This document shows positions 11,533 to 25,759 of a stretch of DNA of 64,000 nt, piece after piece; the stretch's first letter is position 1, and every line of letters begins with the position of its first letter. Below the pieces are notes generated by a model. The model was not told the origin of the DNA, made no database searches, and worked only from the letters and a program-made list of their open reading frames with translations. This stretch comes from the human T2T-CHM13v2.0 reference genome, Homo sapiens. The stretch lies in the NCBI RefSeq assembly GCF_009914755.1, contig NC_060940.1. The stretch is one strand, 5' to 3'. Both the position numbers and the translations under genes were made by a program.

Positions 11533-12344
11533 TCTACAGTTCCTGGCTCATACCTCCCATAACCCTTGTTATAGTTTTGTTATAATGTTGGGTGCTTTAG
11601 ACCTCAGGAAATAGAAGCTCTCTGACCTTCTTCTGCCCTCCTTCAGGCAGGACTCTAATCTTCCCTCAGCTTTCTGATTGTGGGTCATAAGACCCTCATT
11701 CCAGAGATGGTCCCCTGTTCCCATACTCAGGGGGAAGGAATGCTGACATAATGAAGCTTCCATAAAAACACAAAAGGATAGGGTTGATTGAGCTTTCAGA
11801 TAGCTGACCACATGGAGGTTCCTGGAGAGTGGTGCTCCATATTCCTCCCAGTGGAGAGGGCATGGAAGCTCCACGCCCCTACCTGCATACCTCACCCTAT
11901 GCAAGACATCGTCTTCTGTATCCTTTGTAATATCTTCTATAATAAACCAGTAAATGTAAATGTTTTCCAGAGTTTTGTGAGCCATTCTAGCAAATTAATC
12001 AATCTCAAAGAGGGGATTGTAGAAATCTCAACTAGAAGCTGGTTGATCAGAAGTTCCAGGGGCCTGGATTTGTGACTGGTATCTGGTGGGTGGGAAGGGG
12101 CAGTTTTGGGGACTGAGTCCTCACCCTGTGGGATCTAATGCTATTTCCAGGTAGATAGGGTAGGAATTGAATTGGAGGATACACAGCTGGCGTCCACTGC
12201 TTGTTGATGGGGAAAACCTCCCAGACATTTGGTTACGGAAGTCTTCTGTGTTGATTGTTGTGGTGTGGAGAGCAGAGGAAAAACACAGGCATAAATAGGC
12301 AAGATGGAGACTACTGGGAGCCGTGTCTGAAGCTGTCTACCACA
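10951..12344 (-). mobile_element. MLT1-family LTR interrupted by a MER21 LTR
   Basis: MLT1-like sequence at 10951-~11465 resumes at ~12288 and ends ...ctaccaca at 12344. Confidence 0.65.
11466..12287 (+). mobile_element. MER21-family solo LTR containing a (TG)n tract at ~11489-11526
   Basis: Characteristic segments such as gagggcatggaagctccacgcccc, aataaaccagtaaatgtaa and gtgagccattctagcaaatta. Confidence 0.7.
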
Positions 12345-13547
12345 TAATACGGGCTGGAGTAAGGGAGGGAGGTGTCCTAGCACTGTTTCCAACAAACTTG
12401 CTCAATCTTGACCAGCCAGGTCAACCCTCCTCCCTAGAGGTGAAGTCGGGGTGGGGAGCAGGGACTGTGATGATCCCTTCTCTGAGAGTTTCTTAGCTGG
12501 TATGAATGATCAGACTGACACAATTAATCCAGATGAAAGAGATTCTTTCAAACATAATGATTTGGGCCTCTCATAAACAGAGAAGACATTAGTATTTCCT
12601 TAAACCCACACAACTTAAGGGCCCTTGCTCTCAAAATAAAGGAGTTTCCTTGACTCCCTAAGACATCAGCAGCACCAGATTCACATTTCTGCCCTAGTTA
12701 AGCAGCAGAAATCAAAGGGGGACTTTAGCTGATGAGCCCCTGAAGGTATTTGACCCCGAGGTAGTCCTCAGGAAATCCTACTAATTGTAAGTGGGCAAAG
12801 CCCAGCACAGGACTTTCAAGGGAAATAGATGAACAAAGAGGAAATACCAGAAAATTATGTTAAGAGGGAAGACTCTCTGAAAATTATGTTAAGGGGGAAC
12901 AAGCAGAAATGACCTCCAAATCTCATCCCCTATCATCTCATGGCTCAAATCTGGATTGGGGGTGATTTGCTTATTGTTAATATGCCACAGGGGCTGAACC
13001 CATGGCAGGGACCCCATGGCTTTGGAGAGAAATCATTGGACATGGAAGGTCTATTTCACTCATTCATTCTACAAATCTCTCTTTAGAATGAATGACTGTT
13101 CCAGATGGGAACAAAGCACGGGCCCTTTTCTCATGCAGCTGATGTTTAGGAGGGATGAATATTAAATGCATATTAAATATGGTGAATAACATGATTGGAG
13201 ACAGCAGGGTTTTGACCTGCTGGGTTGTCAATAAATAGCTGGGTTGTCGACTATTTAACTAAGGGGCCAAGGAGGGTGGCCTTCTTGACAAGGTGATATT
13301 TTGAGCTCAAAGATGAGAATCCAGAGCAAAGCATTCCAGACTGAAGGAATGTCAAGAGCCAGAACCTGAGGGCTGGCCTGTCAAGGAGCAGAAAGTAGAA
13401 CCATGTGGCTAAAGACTGGTAAACATTGGACCAAGTGGTAGAAGATTCCTTCCAAAGAGGAAGTCAGCAGTCTGATCACGTAAGCATTTGTAGACCCTGC
13501 TGAGAAGCTTGACTTTGTTCTAAGTTCAATGAGAATCCCTTGAAGAC

Positions 13548-14007
13548 TGTATTACTTTCCTGTTGTTGCTGTAACAAATTGTCACATGCTCCATAGCTTG
13601 AAACACCACAAATATATTATCTTATTGTTCTGGAGGTGAGAGGTCCAAAAGCAGCCTTGCTGGACTAAAATCAAGGCATTAGCAGAGCTGGTTCCTTCTG
13701 GAGGCTCCAGAGGAGAATTGGCTTCATTTCCTTTCCCACCTTCTAGAGGCTGCCTGCTTCCTTAGCTCATGGCCCCTGTTCATCTTCAAAGTGCATCTCT
13801 GCAACTTCTATGTCTGCTTTTCCATCTGTGACTTTTCTGCATCCCTTCTGATTACCTTGGGACCACTTAGATCATCCAGGATAATCTCCCCATCTCAGAT
13901 TTTTAACACATCTGCAAAGTCCCCTTTGTCACGTAAGGAGCTTATTCACAGGTTTCAGCGATTAGGATGTGAATGTGTTGGGAGGGCCTTTATTCTGTCT
14001 CCCTACA
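13548..14007 (-). mobile_element. MLT1 (C/D-like) LTR
   Basis: tgtattactttcctgttgttgctgtaacaaatt...ttctggaggctccagaggagaa...attaggatgtgaatgt. Confidence 0.75.
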
Positions 14008-14175
14008 GAAACTTTAAGCAAATAATGGCCATGATCTGATTTGTATTAGAGAATATAGTTTGTAGAGAAAAAGGAGGAGCAGGAAGATCATTGGAGGCCA
14101 TTGTAATAGTGCAGCAAGGAGGCAGAGGTGCAGTTTACCTTGACCACTGCCATCCTTGTGGAGATGAGAGAGTAG

Positions 14176-14178
<3 letters not shown>

Positions 14179-14235
<57 letters not shown>
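14179..14235. repeat. Compound (CA)n(GA)n microsatellite
   Basis: Read directly from the sequence. Confidence 0.95.
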
Positions 14236-14426
14236 GCAGGTGACTGCCGCTGACAAATCCAGCCAATCTTGTTTTTACTGACCCCAAGCCCAGGGTTCTT
14301 TCAACCATCCCAGCTTTGTTTCTCTAGGGTCTGTGTGACATTTTTGAAGGGAAGAGACTTGGCCAGAAAGGGAGGGAAAGCAGGACAAGATTAGGGCATC
14401 TGTAGTGGTGAGTAAGGCCCAGAGTA

Positions 14427-14891
14427 GTAAGCTGAATAACGACCACCCAAAGATATCAAGTCCTAACCCTGGAATTTGGAAATTTTACCTTATTTTGGGG
14501 GTGGGGAGGAAGGTCTTTGCAAGAAGTAATTGAATGGAGGATCTTGAGATGAAGAGATGACCCTGGGTTAACAGGGTGGGCCTTAAATGTCATCACAAGT
14601 TTCCTTACAAGGCAGAGGCAGAGGAAGATAACACAGACACACGGAGGAGAAGGCAATGAGAAGATGAGGCAGAGGGAGATGCAGGCACTAGATGCTAAAG
14701 GATGCGACAGTCACCAGAAGCTGGAAGAAGCAAGGAATGCATTCTCCCGTAGACCCTCCAGACAGAGCACAGCTCTGCCAACACCTTGATTTCATACTTC
14801 TGGCCTTCTGGACTGTGGGAGAACACCTGTCACCATTTAAGGCTACTCAGTTTGTAGTAATTTGTTTCCACAGCCCCAGGAAACTGATACA
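14427..14891 (+). mobile_element. MLT1C-like LTR
   Basis: ccaaagatatcaagtcctaaccctggaa...gtaatttgtttccacagccccaggaaactgataca. Confidence 0.75.
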
Positions 14892-15761
14892 CCTGGTGTG
14901 GATCAGATCATAGCCTAGCGTGTGACCCAACTGCTGTGAAATTGACCAAGCTGGGATTTCAAAACCAAGTTCCCGAGTATTGCCATGCCAGCAGGCAAGT
15001 GCAGTCAGGGATGAACCCTCACTCCTGGTTGTCCCAGGAAAAGAGATGAGATGACCCTACCAAGGTTGCTCTGACAGCAAGAGGACCTTGATGCCTCTAA
15101 ACCCCTTTCCCATTGGCACTGTCCCCACCAGCTGGAATAAAGAGCAAGGACCCTGTCTCTGTGGATACAGCCCTCCTGCGGGGCCCCCAAAGACAACGGA
15201 TGCTTCGTATGGTGCAGGCCTGGGGACAGCTCGCCTCTCCCTCGCAATACACCCACCTGGGGTTGGCTCAAACTCCTTTTTGTCTGTTGCTGCAGAGAGT
15301 GGTGGAAAGCTACAGAGAATGGACAAAACTCACAGACCATCTGTTCATCTTCTGTGTTTTGTGAATTTATTTTCAAATGTTAAGCATTCGATAGCAGTCG
15401 TCAGGCATCATCTCAAAACTTACCATTTGGGGAAAGGCATTCTTTTAAAAATCTACAAGAATCACTCATAGACCAGTGAGAGTCAGGGTTTGGAATAGGG
15501 GGTGAGTCGTATTTTGAAACATCTTCAAATATTATCATATAATTTCATAACCGGAAAAGGAAAATAAGATGTCTTGTTTTTATAATACAGACTTCAGGAA
15601 GGAAAGCTTGACAAGATTTCACTAGAAGAGCTCTGTAGAAAATGGAGGGATTTCTTAAGAATGAATCAAGGCTCTTGATCAAGGGTGGGCGTGTGGGGGC
15701 TTATTGGAATATCCTGGCCATGGTAAGATTTTATAAATATTTTTCAGGAAGGGACACAGGT

Positions 15762-15776
15762 TCTCTCTCTCTCTCC

Positions 15777-15843
<67 letters not shown>

Positions 15844-15908
15844 CACACACATACATATATATCTATCTATCATCTATATATATATACATATATATATAGA
15901 GAGAGAAA
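15762..15908. repeat. Compound (TC)/(TA)/(CA)/(GA) microsatellite
   Basis: Read directly from the sequence. Confidence 0.9.
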
Positions 15909-16854
15909 GAGCATAACACTTTCAGTATAGAGATGTGTCACTTTGATTCGATTCTAGCATGATCAGAAACTGAATAAAATGGATAGTTTTCAGTCATCTA
16001 GGAAGGGATGTGTCTACAGTTGTTAGGGATAAGCAGAATGTACCAACTCCTGAAGATGGGTTTTCTCTCTGTGTCCTGCCTCTCAGGGGCTGAGTTGGGG
16101 AGACACCAATGTAGGAAGAGACCCTCACTCTAAGTTCAATGACCTCCAACAGGAGCTTCTATTCTGGGTAGAACTATCCTTGTGCATCAGAGATGAGTCT
16201 GGGAGTGTTGAAGGCAATTGGGAAATTAGGCACCTAATTCCCTAAATCACGACCTTTGGCATCCACAACTAAGCCCTCTTGGCCAACACGACGAGAGCTG
16301 AATATGGACACCCTGGAGTGTGTTCCCCTTTTATTCATACAACTGCAGAAAACTTGACCCAGGTAGAAATAAGGGGCTACTCTAGAGTAGAGTGTAGGGG
16401 CGAGAGCCCAGAGTTGGGAATCAGAGTGTGCAACTCCCAGCTCTGCCACATGCCAGCTGCACAACCTTAGCCCTTCTATGTCCTCTCATCCTTAAAATGA
16501 GACAATAACAATACTTCTCCCTTAGGTTTGTTGTGGGGATGGATTGAGATAGTGCCTGAATCATAGCATGCTCTGTGTATGTGTTAGCCATTATTTTCAT
16601 TATTTCAGGAGCCAGGCAGATAAGGCAAGTGCCTGAAACATTCCCAGGTGTAGAAAAATGGGAGTGTTGTAAACCAGGAGGCTCCTGACCTGGACAGTGT
16701 CTGTCCTCTCCACAGTGATCAATCACAGTGGTGTCAACTCCAAATGACAGCCTGAAAGAATGTGTGCCACGGTGCCATCTCTTCCCATTCCTCAGGAGAA
16801 GCTGGAAAGCCAGATTTTTATATGAAAGGTCCTGATTTTAAAATATGAGCCATT

Positions 16855-17055
16855 AGCCAGGCGTTTTGAGTTTTTCTTAAACAGGCATAAATAGGCGAGG
16901 TAGACTATTGGGAGCCATGTCTGAAGCTGTCTACCACATAACGTGCACACCTGTAATCCCAGGTAATCAGGAGGCTGAGGTGAAAAGACCGCTTGAGCCC
17001 AGGAGTTTGAGACCAGCCTGGGCAACATAGTAAGACCCTGTCTCTAAAGAAAAAA
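16855..17055 (+). mobile_element. Alu monomer (FLAM-like) interrupted by a ~80-bp foreign insert, within a MER103-like relic
   Basis: gccaggcg ... [insert] ... gtgcacacctgtaatccca...gagcccaggagtttgagaccagcctgggcaacatag, then an A-tail. Confidence 0.8.
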
Positions 17056-17804
17056 TGAGGGCACTGATTCTAATTTTTTGAAACTTGAGGCTGTGCAAGT
17101 AAAATATGTCCACTGGATGTGTCTGTCAGATAGGCTATAAGCTTGAAACCTGTAATGTACAAGATCAAGAAACATATTTTTCAGCTCTTTTAAGAGAATT
17201 CTAAGGCTATTTGGAAGCATCCCGTTTGCAGGATATATTAGCTGGACATTATCACTTATAAGATAATAATTTCACACTTACAATGTGTCAAGACCTATAT
17301 TCAGAACTTTGCCATAACAACTCAGTTAATCCTCATGACAATTTATGAAGTAGGTACTATGAGTTTTGCCATTTTACAGTTGAGGAAACTGAGGCTCAAC
17401 GAGGTTAAGTAATTTGCTCATGATAAAATAGCAGATATTGGAACAAGACTTTGAATGCAAAAAAAATTATTGTGAATTAATTGTACACAAAAAGAATGTG
17501 GAATGTTGGCATGGCCAGAGTTTTCACCAAAATTCATAAGGCTGTGTACTGCTGAGTGGTGTTGGGATTAGCAGGACCACAACAGGACCCAAGCAATCAG
17601 AATCCAGCATAGCCTTACTGTGCACACAGAGTGGCTTGTGTCCAAGATAAATTAGTGCTTGGCCACTCAACATGTATGTGGTTGATGTGGCACAGTATTA
17701 AACACACAGATGATGACTAATCCTTATGTTGTGTCATTCATTAATATTAGCTTACTTAGTATTAAATATTAATTTACTTAATCCCAATGAGGCAGATACT
17801 GTTT

Positions 17805-18117
<313 letters not shown>

Positions 18118-18988
18118 GGCAGATACTATTTTTGTCATCCCCGTTTTATGTGGAAACTGAGCCACAGAGAGGTGGAGCCATTTGCCTAAGACTACGCAGC
18201 CACTAACAAGGCAGAGTTTGAATCTAAACAGCCCAGTTCCTGAGTCTATGCTCTTAAGGATTACAGTTTGCACGTAAATCAATTGAGAACATCAAGTACC
18301 TGTGGCTATATCCACTGCAAAAATGCTTGTGAATAAGGGAGGACAGAACAAAGGGAGAGATTTTGAGTTAAGCTACGACAAAACTGAGCATTTGCAGGGA
18401 AATGCTGTTTGCTTTATAATGATGACAGTTGCTATCTTTCATTGAGTGACTACTAGGTTCCCACCAGTGTTCAGTTTATTTCAGCCTCACATAAACTGTA
18501 GGAGCTGAATGTTAGTATTAAACTCATTTTGCAGATAAGAACACTGAGTCTTAGAAATGCCAAGTAACTTGACTGAGGTCACATGGCTGGTAAGTGGCCA
18601 AGCCAGGGCTTAAATGCAGGTCTGTCAGACCCTAAATCTTGTGTGGTCAAGCCTCACATTAAAATGTTCAAGAGCTTGCTTCTTCCAGAACCACTTCTGC
18701 TAAGGGAAGTGGAGTAAGTGGGAACAGGGACTGATTCTTACTAGGCCATGGAGTGAACTTCCAAAGAGTTTCCAAAGGGTTCACATGACCAAGCAGTGCA
18801 TGAAAGAGTCAAGGTTTAGGATAGAGCCTCATCCAGGATATTTATCTGACACCCGACAGGCTCCAGCCCTCAAACACCCTGCACTTGGAAACAAGAGGGC
18901 CATGTACCCCTGCCAAATATAAGGGATGTCCTTCTGCCTTGCTTTGTCCTGGAATCCAACACCTGCCTTAAATCAAACTTACACATTG

Positions 18989-19320
18989 GGCCGGGCGTGG
19001 TAGTTCATGCCTGTAATCCCAGCACTTTGGGAGGCCGAGGCGGGTGGATTACTTGAGGCTGGGAGTTTGAGAGCAGCCTGGCCAACATGGTGAAACCCCA
19101 TCTCTACTAAAAATACAAAAAATTAGCTGGGCGTGGTAATGTCTTACAGGTCATGCACCTGTAATCCTAGCTACTTAGGAGGCTGAGGCACGAGAATGCC
19201 TTGGACCCAGGAGACAGAGTGAGCCAAGATTGCGCCACTGCACTCCAGCCTGGGCAAGAGAACGAGACTCCGTCTAAGAAAAACAAAACAAAACAAAACA
19301 AACAACAACAACAAAAAAAA
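18989..19320 (+). mobile_element. AluS
   Basis: ggccgggcgtgg...gagactccgtct followed by an A/CAA-rich tail. Confidence 0.95.
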
Positions 19321-19834
19321 CCCTACATGTTTGACCTTCTTAGGGTCACAAGTGGCAAAACCCACCTCAAACTAAGGCAATTAAAAGGGAAAAATGGTTG
19401 TATATTTGTTTAGGTAACTAAAGAGGCCTTAGGTCTTTCTGGCTTCAGGTACAAATGGGTCTATGGACTCACGCAATATGAGAAAGCTGTTACTCTCCAC
19501 CTTCATCTATTTTTTTCACCATGGCTTTATTTTCTTTGGTGGCTCCCAGAATCTCCAACCACCATCCTCAAGTCTTAGTAATACCAATGGAAGGAGAATT
19601 TATTTTTTTCAGTAGTTCCAAAAAAAGTTCTGAGACTGGGTTTTATTGCCTCAGCTTGAATATTTATCTCTAACTTAATTATCTTAGCCCAGAGGATAAA
19701 TATCAGACTTGCCAAACTTGAGTCACCGTACTTGCCCCTGAAGTAGGGTAGAGGTAAGAGATAATCCCTTTGAATTGCTTGGGAAATGGGCAGTTTCCCA
19801 GAAGAAAATGGTGGTGTAATTAAAAGAAGAAAGG

Positions 19835-20150
<316 letters not shown>

Positions 20151-20479
20151 AGGGTAATGGATTCTGGAAAGACAATAATGACAAGTGTTTTCTAAAAGAT
20201 CAGCACATAGAGTCAACTTCCTCTGGATACTAGGGTTGTAGGAGCAGCCCCATTTAGTGTGTGATGTGTTTACCTAATCACCCTTAACGGAAGGTGCTCA
20301 AGACCTCTGAAGCCTATAGTAAAGGCAACAAGCTTCTTTGCTAGCTTAGGTAGTGGACATTTTCCCTTCTGGAAAGAACACATCTTTCCTGTTCCATCCC
20401 TCATTCTTGCTCACTGTGATTCAGGTGGGCCTAACCCTACCCAAGGCTTCAAGCAGGAGACTGTGACCTAAACTCATCT

Positions 20480-21029
20480 TGTTATAGGAAAGAGGTCCCA
20501 ATCCAGACCCCAAAAGAGGATTCTTGGCTCTCATGCAAGAAAGAATTCAGGGAGAGCCTATACAGTAAGTGAAAGCTAGTTTATTAAGAAAGTAAAGGAA
20601 TGAAAGAATGGCTACTCCATAGATAGCATCCCCAAGGGCTGCTGGTTGCCCGTTTTTACAGTTATTTTTTGGTTATATGCTAAAGAAGGGGTGGCTTATT
20701 CATGCCTCCCCTTTTTAGACCATATAGGGTAACTTCCTGATGTTGCCATGGCATTTGTAAACTGCCGTGGCGTTGGTGGGAATGTAGCAATGAGGACAAC
20801 CAGAGGTCACTCTTGTGGCCATCTTGGTTTTGGTGGGTTTTGGCTGCTTCTTTACTGCAACCTGTTTTATCAGCAAGGTCTTCATGACATGTATTTTGTG
20901 CCAACCTCCTATCTCATCCTGTGACTTAGAATGCCTTAATCGTTTGGAAATGCAGCCCAGTAGGCTTCAGACTTATTTTACCCAGTCCCTATTCAAGATG
21001 GAGTTGCTCTGGTTCTCACACCTCTGACA
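20480..21029 (-). mobile_element. MER41A solo LTR (ERV1)
   Basis: 550 bp with TGT...ACA termini and a 4-bp TSD ATCT at 20476-20479 and 21030-21033. The reverse complement begins TGTCAGAGG...GAACCAGAGCAACTCCATCTTGAATAGG as in MER41. It lacks the tandem GAS segment of MER41B. Confidence 0.85.
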
Positions 21030-21076
21030 ATCTTATACCTCTGGCCATAATGATTGGTTCTGAGGTGATTATGTCC

Positions 21077-21380
21077 TTTTTTTCTTTTTTCCTTTTGAGA
21101 CAGGATCTCTCTTTGTCACCTAGGCTGGAGTGTAGTGGTGCAATCTTTGCTCACTGCAACCTCGAGCTCCTGGGCTCAAGCGAGCCTCCTGCTTCAACCT
21201 CCCAAGTAGCTGGGACTTACAGGTGCATATCACGAAGCTCACCTAAATTTTTTATATTTTTGTAGAGATGGGATCTTGCTATGTTACCCAGGCTGGTGCT
21301 GAACTCCTTGGCACAAGCAATCCTCCCGCCTCAGCCTCCTAAATCACTCGGATTGTAGGCATGAGTCACTATGCCTGGCC
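21077..21380 (-). mobile_element. AluJ
   Basis: Diverged dimer with the ctcctgggctcaagcg J-type diagnostic sequence. Confidence 0.9.
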
Positions 21381-23049
21381 ACTTGTGTGATTCTATTCTT
21401 GTCTGAGTCATCACGCTCTGGGCATTAAATAGATGATAGATAGATAGATAGAGCTATTGGGAAATAAAAGCTCTCTCTTCCTGACTGGGGTGGGTGAGAG
21501 GATAGGTTCTTGGCTAGGAGGTACTAGGAACCACTTTGCCACCGCAAGGATAGGTCTGGCCTCAAAATGGTGCAACATAGAGGCAACTGGAGCTGAGAGA
21601 TGGAGTTTGAACTCCTGGATTCAGGCATGCCTGGACTTCTCAGCTACTTGAGCCAATCGATTGCTATCCTTTTTTTCCCTTGAATTAAACCAATTTGAAG
21701 TGCATTTTCTGCCACTTGCAACTGAAACAAAGCCTAAATGATACTACCTGGATCCAAATACCAGCTCTACCATTTTCACAAACCATACTCTTTCAGGTAA
21801 GTCAGTTCTTGTGATCCTTAGCTGCCTTCTCTATGGAGTGACGATCCCTCTCTTGTAGGGTTTCTGGGGAAGTAATTGAGGTTATAACTGATAATACACT
21901 GGGTGCTCCATACATGTAAGTTTGAGACATTGTAAGAGCAGAGAAAGCACAAAGCAAGTAGGATGCAACCAAACTGAATGTCTATCATTGAAGCCAGGAA
22001 AGTATACGATGTAGATGATGAGAGCAGGCTGGACGCAGATAATACGGAGTTCTGGAGCTAACTGGAAAGCCAATGCTCAATTGAAACTCATTTACAATTT
22101 AGAATTTAAAATCTCTGTAAGGGACAAACAAAATAAACACCAAGACTGCTAGTTCACAAACCCTGCAAAGCAAATGAAACATTTATGTTTCAGGCGAGAC
22201 CGCAACTGTGAGCCATGAGATGCAGTTGCCCAGTTCTGGGTGTTCCCATGAATTAGGGTTCTGGGGAAAGGAAGCCCCGTGGTGCTCCCCGACCATGTCC
22301 CCCCTACTCAGCACCCTCTTCCTCCCAAAGCCAAGAGAATTGAAGGGCCTTTGAGTCCATGCCTCTCTTTTAATTTCAAAACTGAACATGACCACTCTTT
22401 ATTTTTAATCTTCCCTTCCCCTAGTCTATGCCTTCAAGCAGCTTTTCTGGGGAGAGAGTGTTGGCGCCCACACTGGCAGATCTGAGTCCCTGGCCACGTG
22501 CCTGCTGTGATGAGGATGTTGCCATGCTCACCCACCCCAGCAGCCTGGAATCCAGCCTTTAGAGGGGCCCACTTGAGAACTGTCAGCATGATGAGGAGAG
22601 TGGAAGTCAAGTCCCACAGGTGACCCAGGTAAGGACAAGGAGCCCTCCATCCTTGCCTCCTCTTTAGAAATAAGCATGCCTTATGTCTGGTTAGAGCATC
22701 TGTAACAAAGGACTTGACTTGAGGGAGAAGTAGGAGCTTACAATGGTCATCACCATATATTGAATGCTCCCCATGTGCCAGCACTCTTCATCCACTCTCC
22801 AAAGAAGAAACCTGCTTAGAGAGGTCAAGGAACTTGCCTAGAGTCACAAAATTAATAGGTGGATAGCATTTTAATCTTGCTCAGTATAAATTCAGAACTA
22901 CAACTTAGTCATCATACTATAATGCCTATCAGGAGAAAGAATGCATTGATGAGCTGATATGAATGTCCTGATCCATTTGACAATCATATTTATTATTGTT
23001 AATTGTTAAAGAATTACCTGATCCATACATCAATTTTCTATCAATTTGA

Positions 23050-23505
23050 TTGGTATCATGGTCTTAAAACATGTCCAGTTCCTTGATGCTCATCCCATCA
23101 AGAGGTAGAGACTAATTTCCCTTCCCCTTGAATATGGTCTGGCTTCTAATGAGTAGAATGTGGCATAAATAATGCATTGTGATGTCAAGGCTAGGTTAGG
23201 AAAGGCTTTAGAACTTCTACATGGCTCCATGTCTTGCAATGCTCCTTCTTGAAACCCAGCCACCATGCTGTGAGGAAGCTCAAGCCACACAGAAGCCATG
23301 GAGAGGTGCTCCTTCTGATAACCCCTGCTAAAGTCCCACCCAGCAGCCAGCAACAATCACTAGATATGTGAGTGGGAAAGCCTTTGAGATGACCTCAGTC
23401 CCAGCACCATCTAACCACAACCAGGGAAGGATTCTGAGCAAGAACCACATAGCTGATCCCAGTTAATTTCCAGAACAGTGAAAGATAACAATAAATGATT
23501 GCCAT
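23050..23505 (+). mobile_element. MLT1-family LTR relic
   Basis: ctcatcccatcaagaggtagagact...cagccaccatgctgtgaggaagctcaagc. Boundaries are approximate. Confidence 0.6.
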
Positions 23506-23743
23506 TAGAAATGGTTAGTGTGAATTAGTTCCTGTAAAACTTGATCACTCCTTGAACCCTGGCAAAAAAAAATTAAATTAAAAATTAGCTGCTTGACTTG
23601 TCTGATTTGACTCCAAAATGAATAAACTTCACTCTTATAAAACTTTGTCTGGGAGACTTTCCACTTGCCTTTCTGAGAGTGCTTTTACGTTTAAATAATA
23701 TGGATGATGATGATGATTCATGGTACTACTTCTTGAGGGCTAA

Positions 23744-24181
<438 letters not shown>

Positions 24182-24239
24182 AGCAGTATTGTCATTTTCA
24201 TTTTTGGAACTGAGCTCAAGTACTTAAGTTGTCCAGAGG

Positions 24240-24355
24240 GGTCGGGCATGGTGACTCACACCTGTAATTCCAGCACTTTGGGAGGCAGATAGGGAGGATC
24301 ACTTGAGGCCAGGAGTTCAGGACCAACCTGGAAAACATGGTGATACCCTGTCTTT
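24240..24355 (+). mobile_element. Alu left monomer/FLAM
   Basis: ggtcgggcatggtgactcacacctgtaattccagcactttgggagg. Confidence 0.8.
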
Positions 24356-24566
24356 ATTATTTTTTTTAAATTGTCCAGAACACACAGCTAGGAGGCTGCA
24401 AGGGTGAGGTCGTTATTGATTCATTGATTCAACATGTATTTTGGAGCCCCTGCAATATACCACTCTCCATGCCAGGCCCTAAGAAGAAGACAGATGAGGC
24501 TTTTGCACTTGTACTCCAGCATAGCAAACAGGTGATAAGAAAACAAACCAGTAAGTAAATATCTTA

Positions 24567-24938
24567 ATCTATCAGGGCTACTATAATTTTAAAAAACCAT
24601 AGTCTGAAAGGCGTAAACAACAGAAATTTATTTTCTCACAGTTCTAGAGGCTGGGAAGTCCAAGACCAAGGCATTGGGTAATTTGGCTCCCTAGTGAGGG
24701 CTCTCTTTCTGGCTTACAGACAGCCACCTTCTCACTGTATCATCAAGGGGCAGAGAAAAAGAGCTCTCATCTCTCTTCACCTTCTTATAATGAATCACAT
24801 CCCATCATGGTGCACCATCCTTATGACCTCATCTAAACCTAATGACTGCCCAAAGTCCCCACCTCCAACTACCATCACATTGAGGATAAGGGCTTCAATA
24901 TCTGAACTTTGGAGGAACATAAACATTCAACTCATAGC
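24567..24938 (-). mobile_element. MLT1A-like LTR
   Basis: aacaacagaaatttattttctcacagttctagaggctgggaagtccaag...aacataaacattcaactcatagca. Confidence 0.75.
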
Positions 24939-25182
24939 AATAAAAATGGCATTGCTAATTGTGATCATGAGGAAAAATAGTGATGCACTTTGTGGAATTA
25001 ACGTAAGTGGCTGTCTTCAATCTGGTTGTTGGCCACAGCCTCTCTGAGAAAATGGCCTTTGAAGGACATGATGTGGGATCTGCACCATGTGATCCTGGAG
25101 AAAGAGCATCCCAGGCAGCAGAAACACTGAGAGGAGAGGTAGGGTTTGGGGAAAGGCTTGGTACCTTCAAGGAACAGCACGT

Positions 25183-25219
<37 letters not shown>

Positions 25220-25377
25220 AGGACAGCATAACAATGAACAAGAAAAACAGGATATGAGATAAGGTCAAAGAAGGAGGCTGCAGCCAGATCACACAGGGCC
25301 TCATTGACCAAGGTAACAAATGTGGGTGTGTTTAAATAAAAATGGGAAATTTGGAAGTTTTTTTTTTAATAGGGTAG

Positions 25378-25759
25378 TGTTATGGTTTGGCTGTGTCCCC
25401 ACCCAAATCTCATCTTGAATTGTAGCTCCCATAATTCCCACATATTGTGGGAGGGACCCAGTAGGAGATAACTGAATCATGGAGGCAGTTTCCCCCATGC
25501 TGTTCTCATGGTAGTAAAGAAGTCTCACAAGTCTTGTGGTTTTATAAGGGGTTTCCCCTTTTGCTTCTCTCTTCTCTCTTCTCTCTCCTCTCTCATTCTC
25601 TCTTGCTTGCCACCGTGTAAGATGTGCCTTTTGCCTTCCACCATGATTGTGAGGCCTCCCCAGCTACGTGGAACTGTGAGTCCATTAAACCACTTTTTCT
25701 TTATAAGTTACCCAGTCTTGGATATGTCTTTATCAGCAGCATGAAAACGGACTACTACA
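25378..25759 (+). mobile_element. THE1 (C/D-like) solo LTR
   Basis: TGTTATGGTTTGGCTGTGTCCCCACCCAAATCTCATC...GGACTACTACA, with a perfect 5-bp TSD GGTAG at 25373-25377 and 25760-25764. Confidence 0.92.

Noticed and set aside
11092-12075. Longest intergenic ORFs (156 and 138 aa)
   Set aside because: They lie inside MLT1/MER21 LTR relics and a TG repeat, with no recognisable domain.
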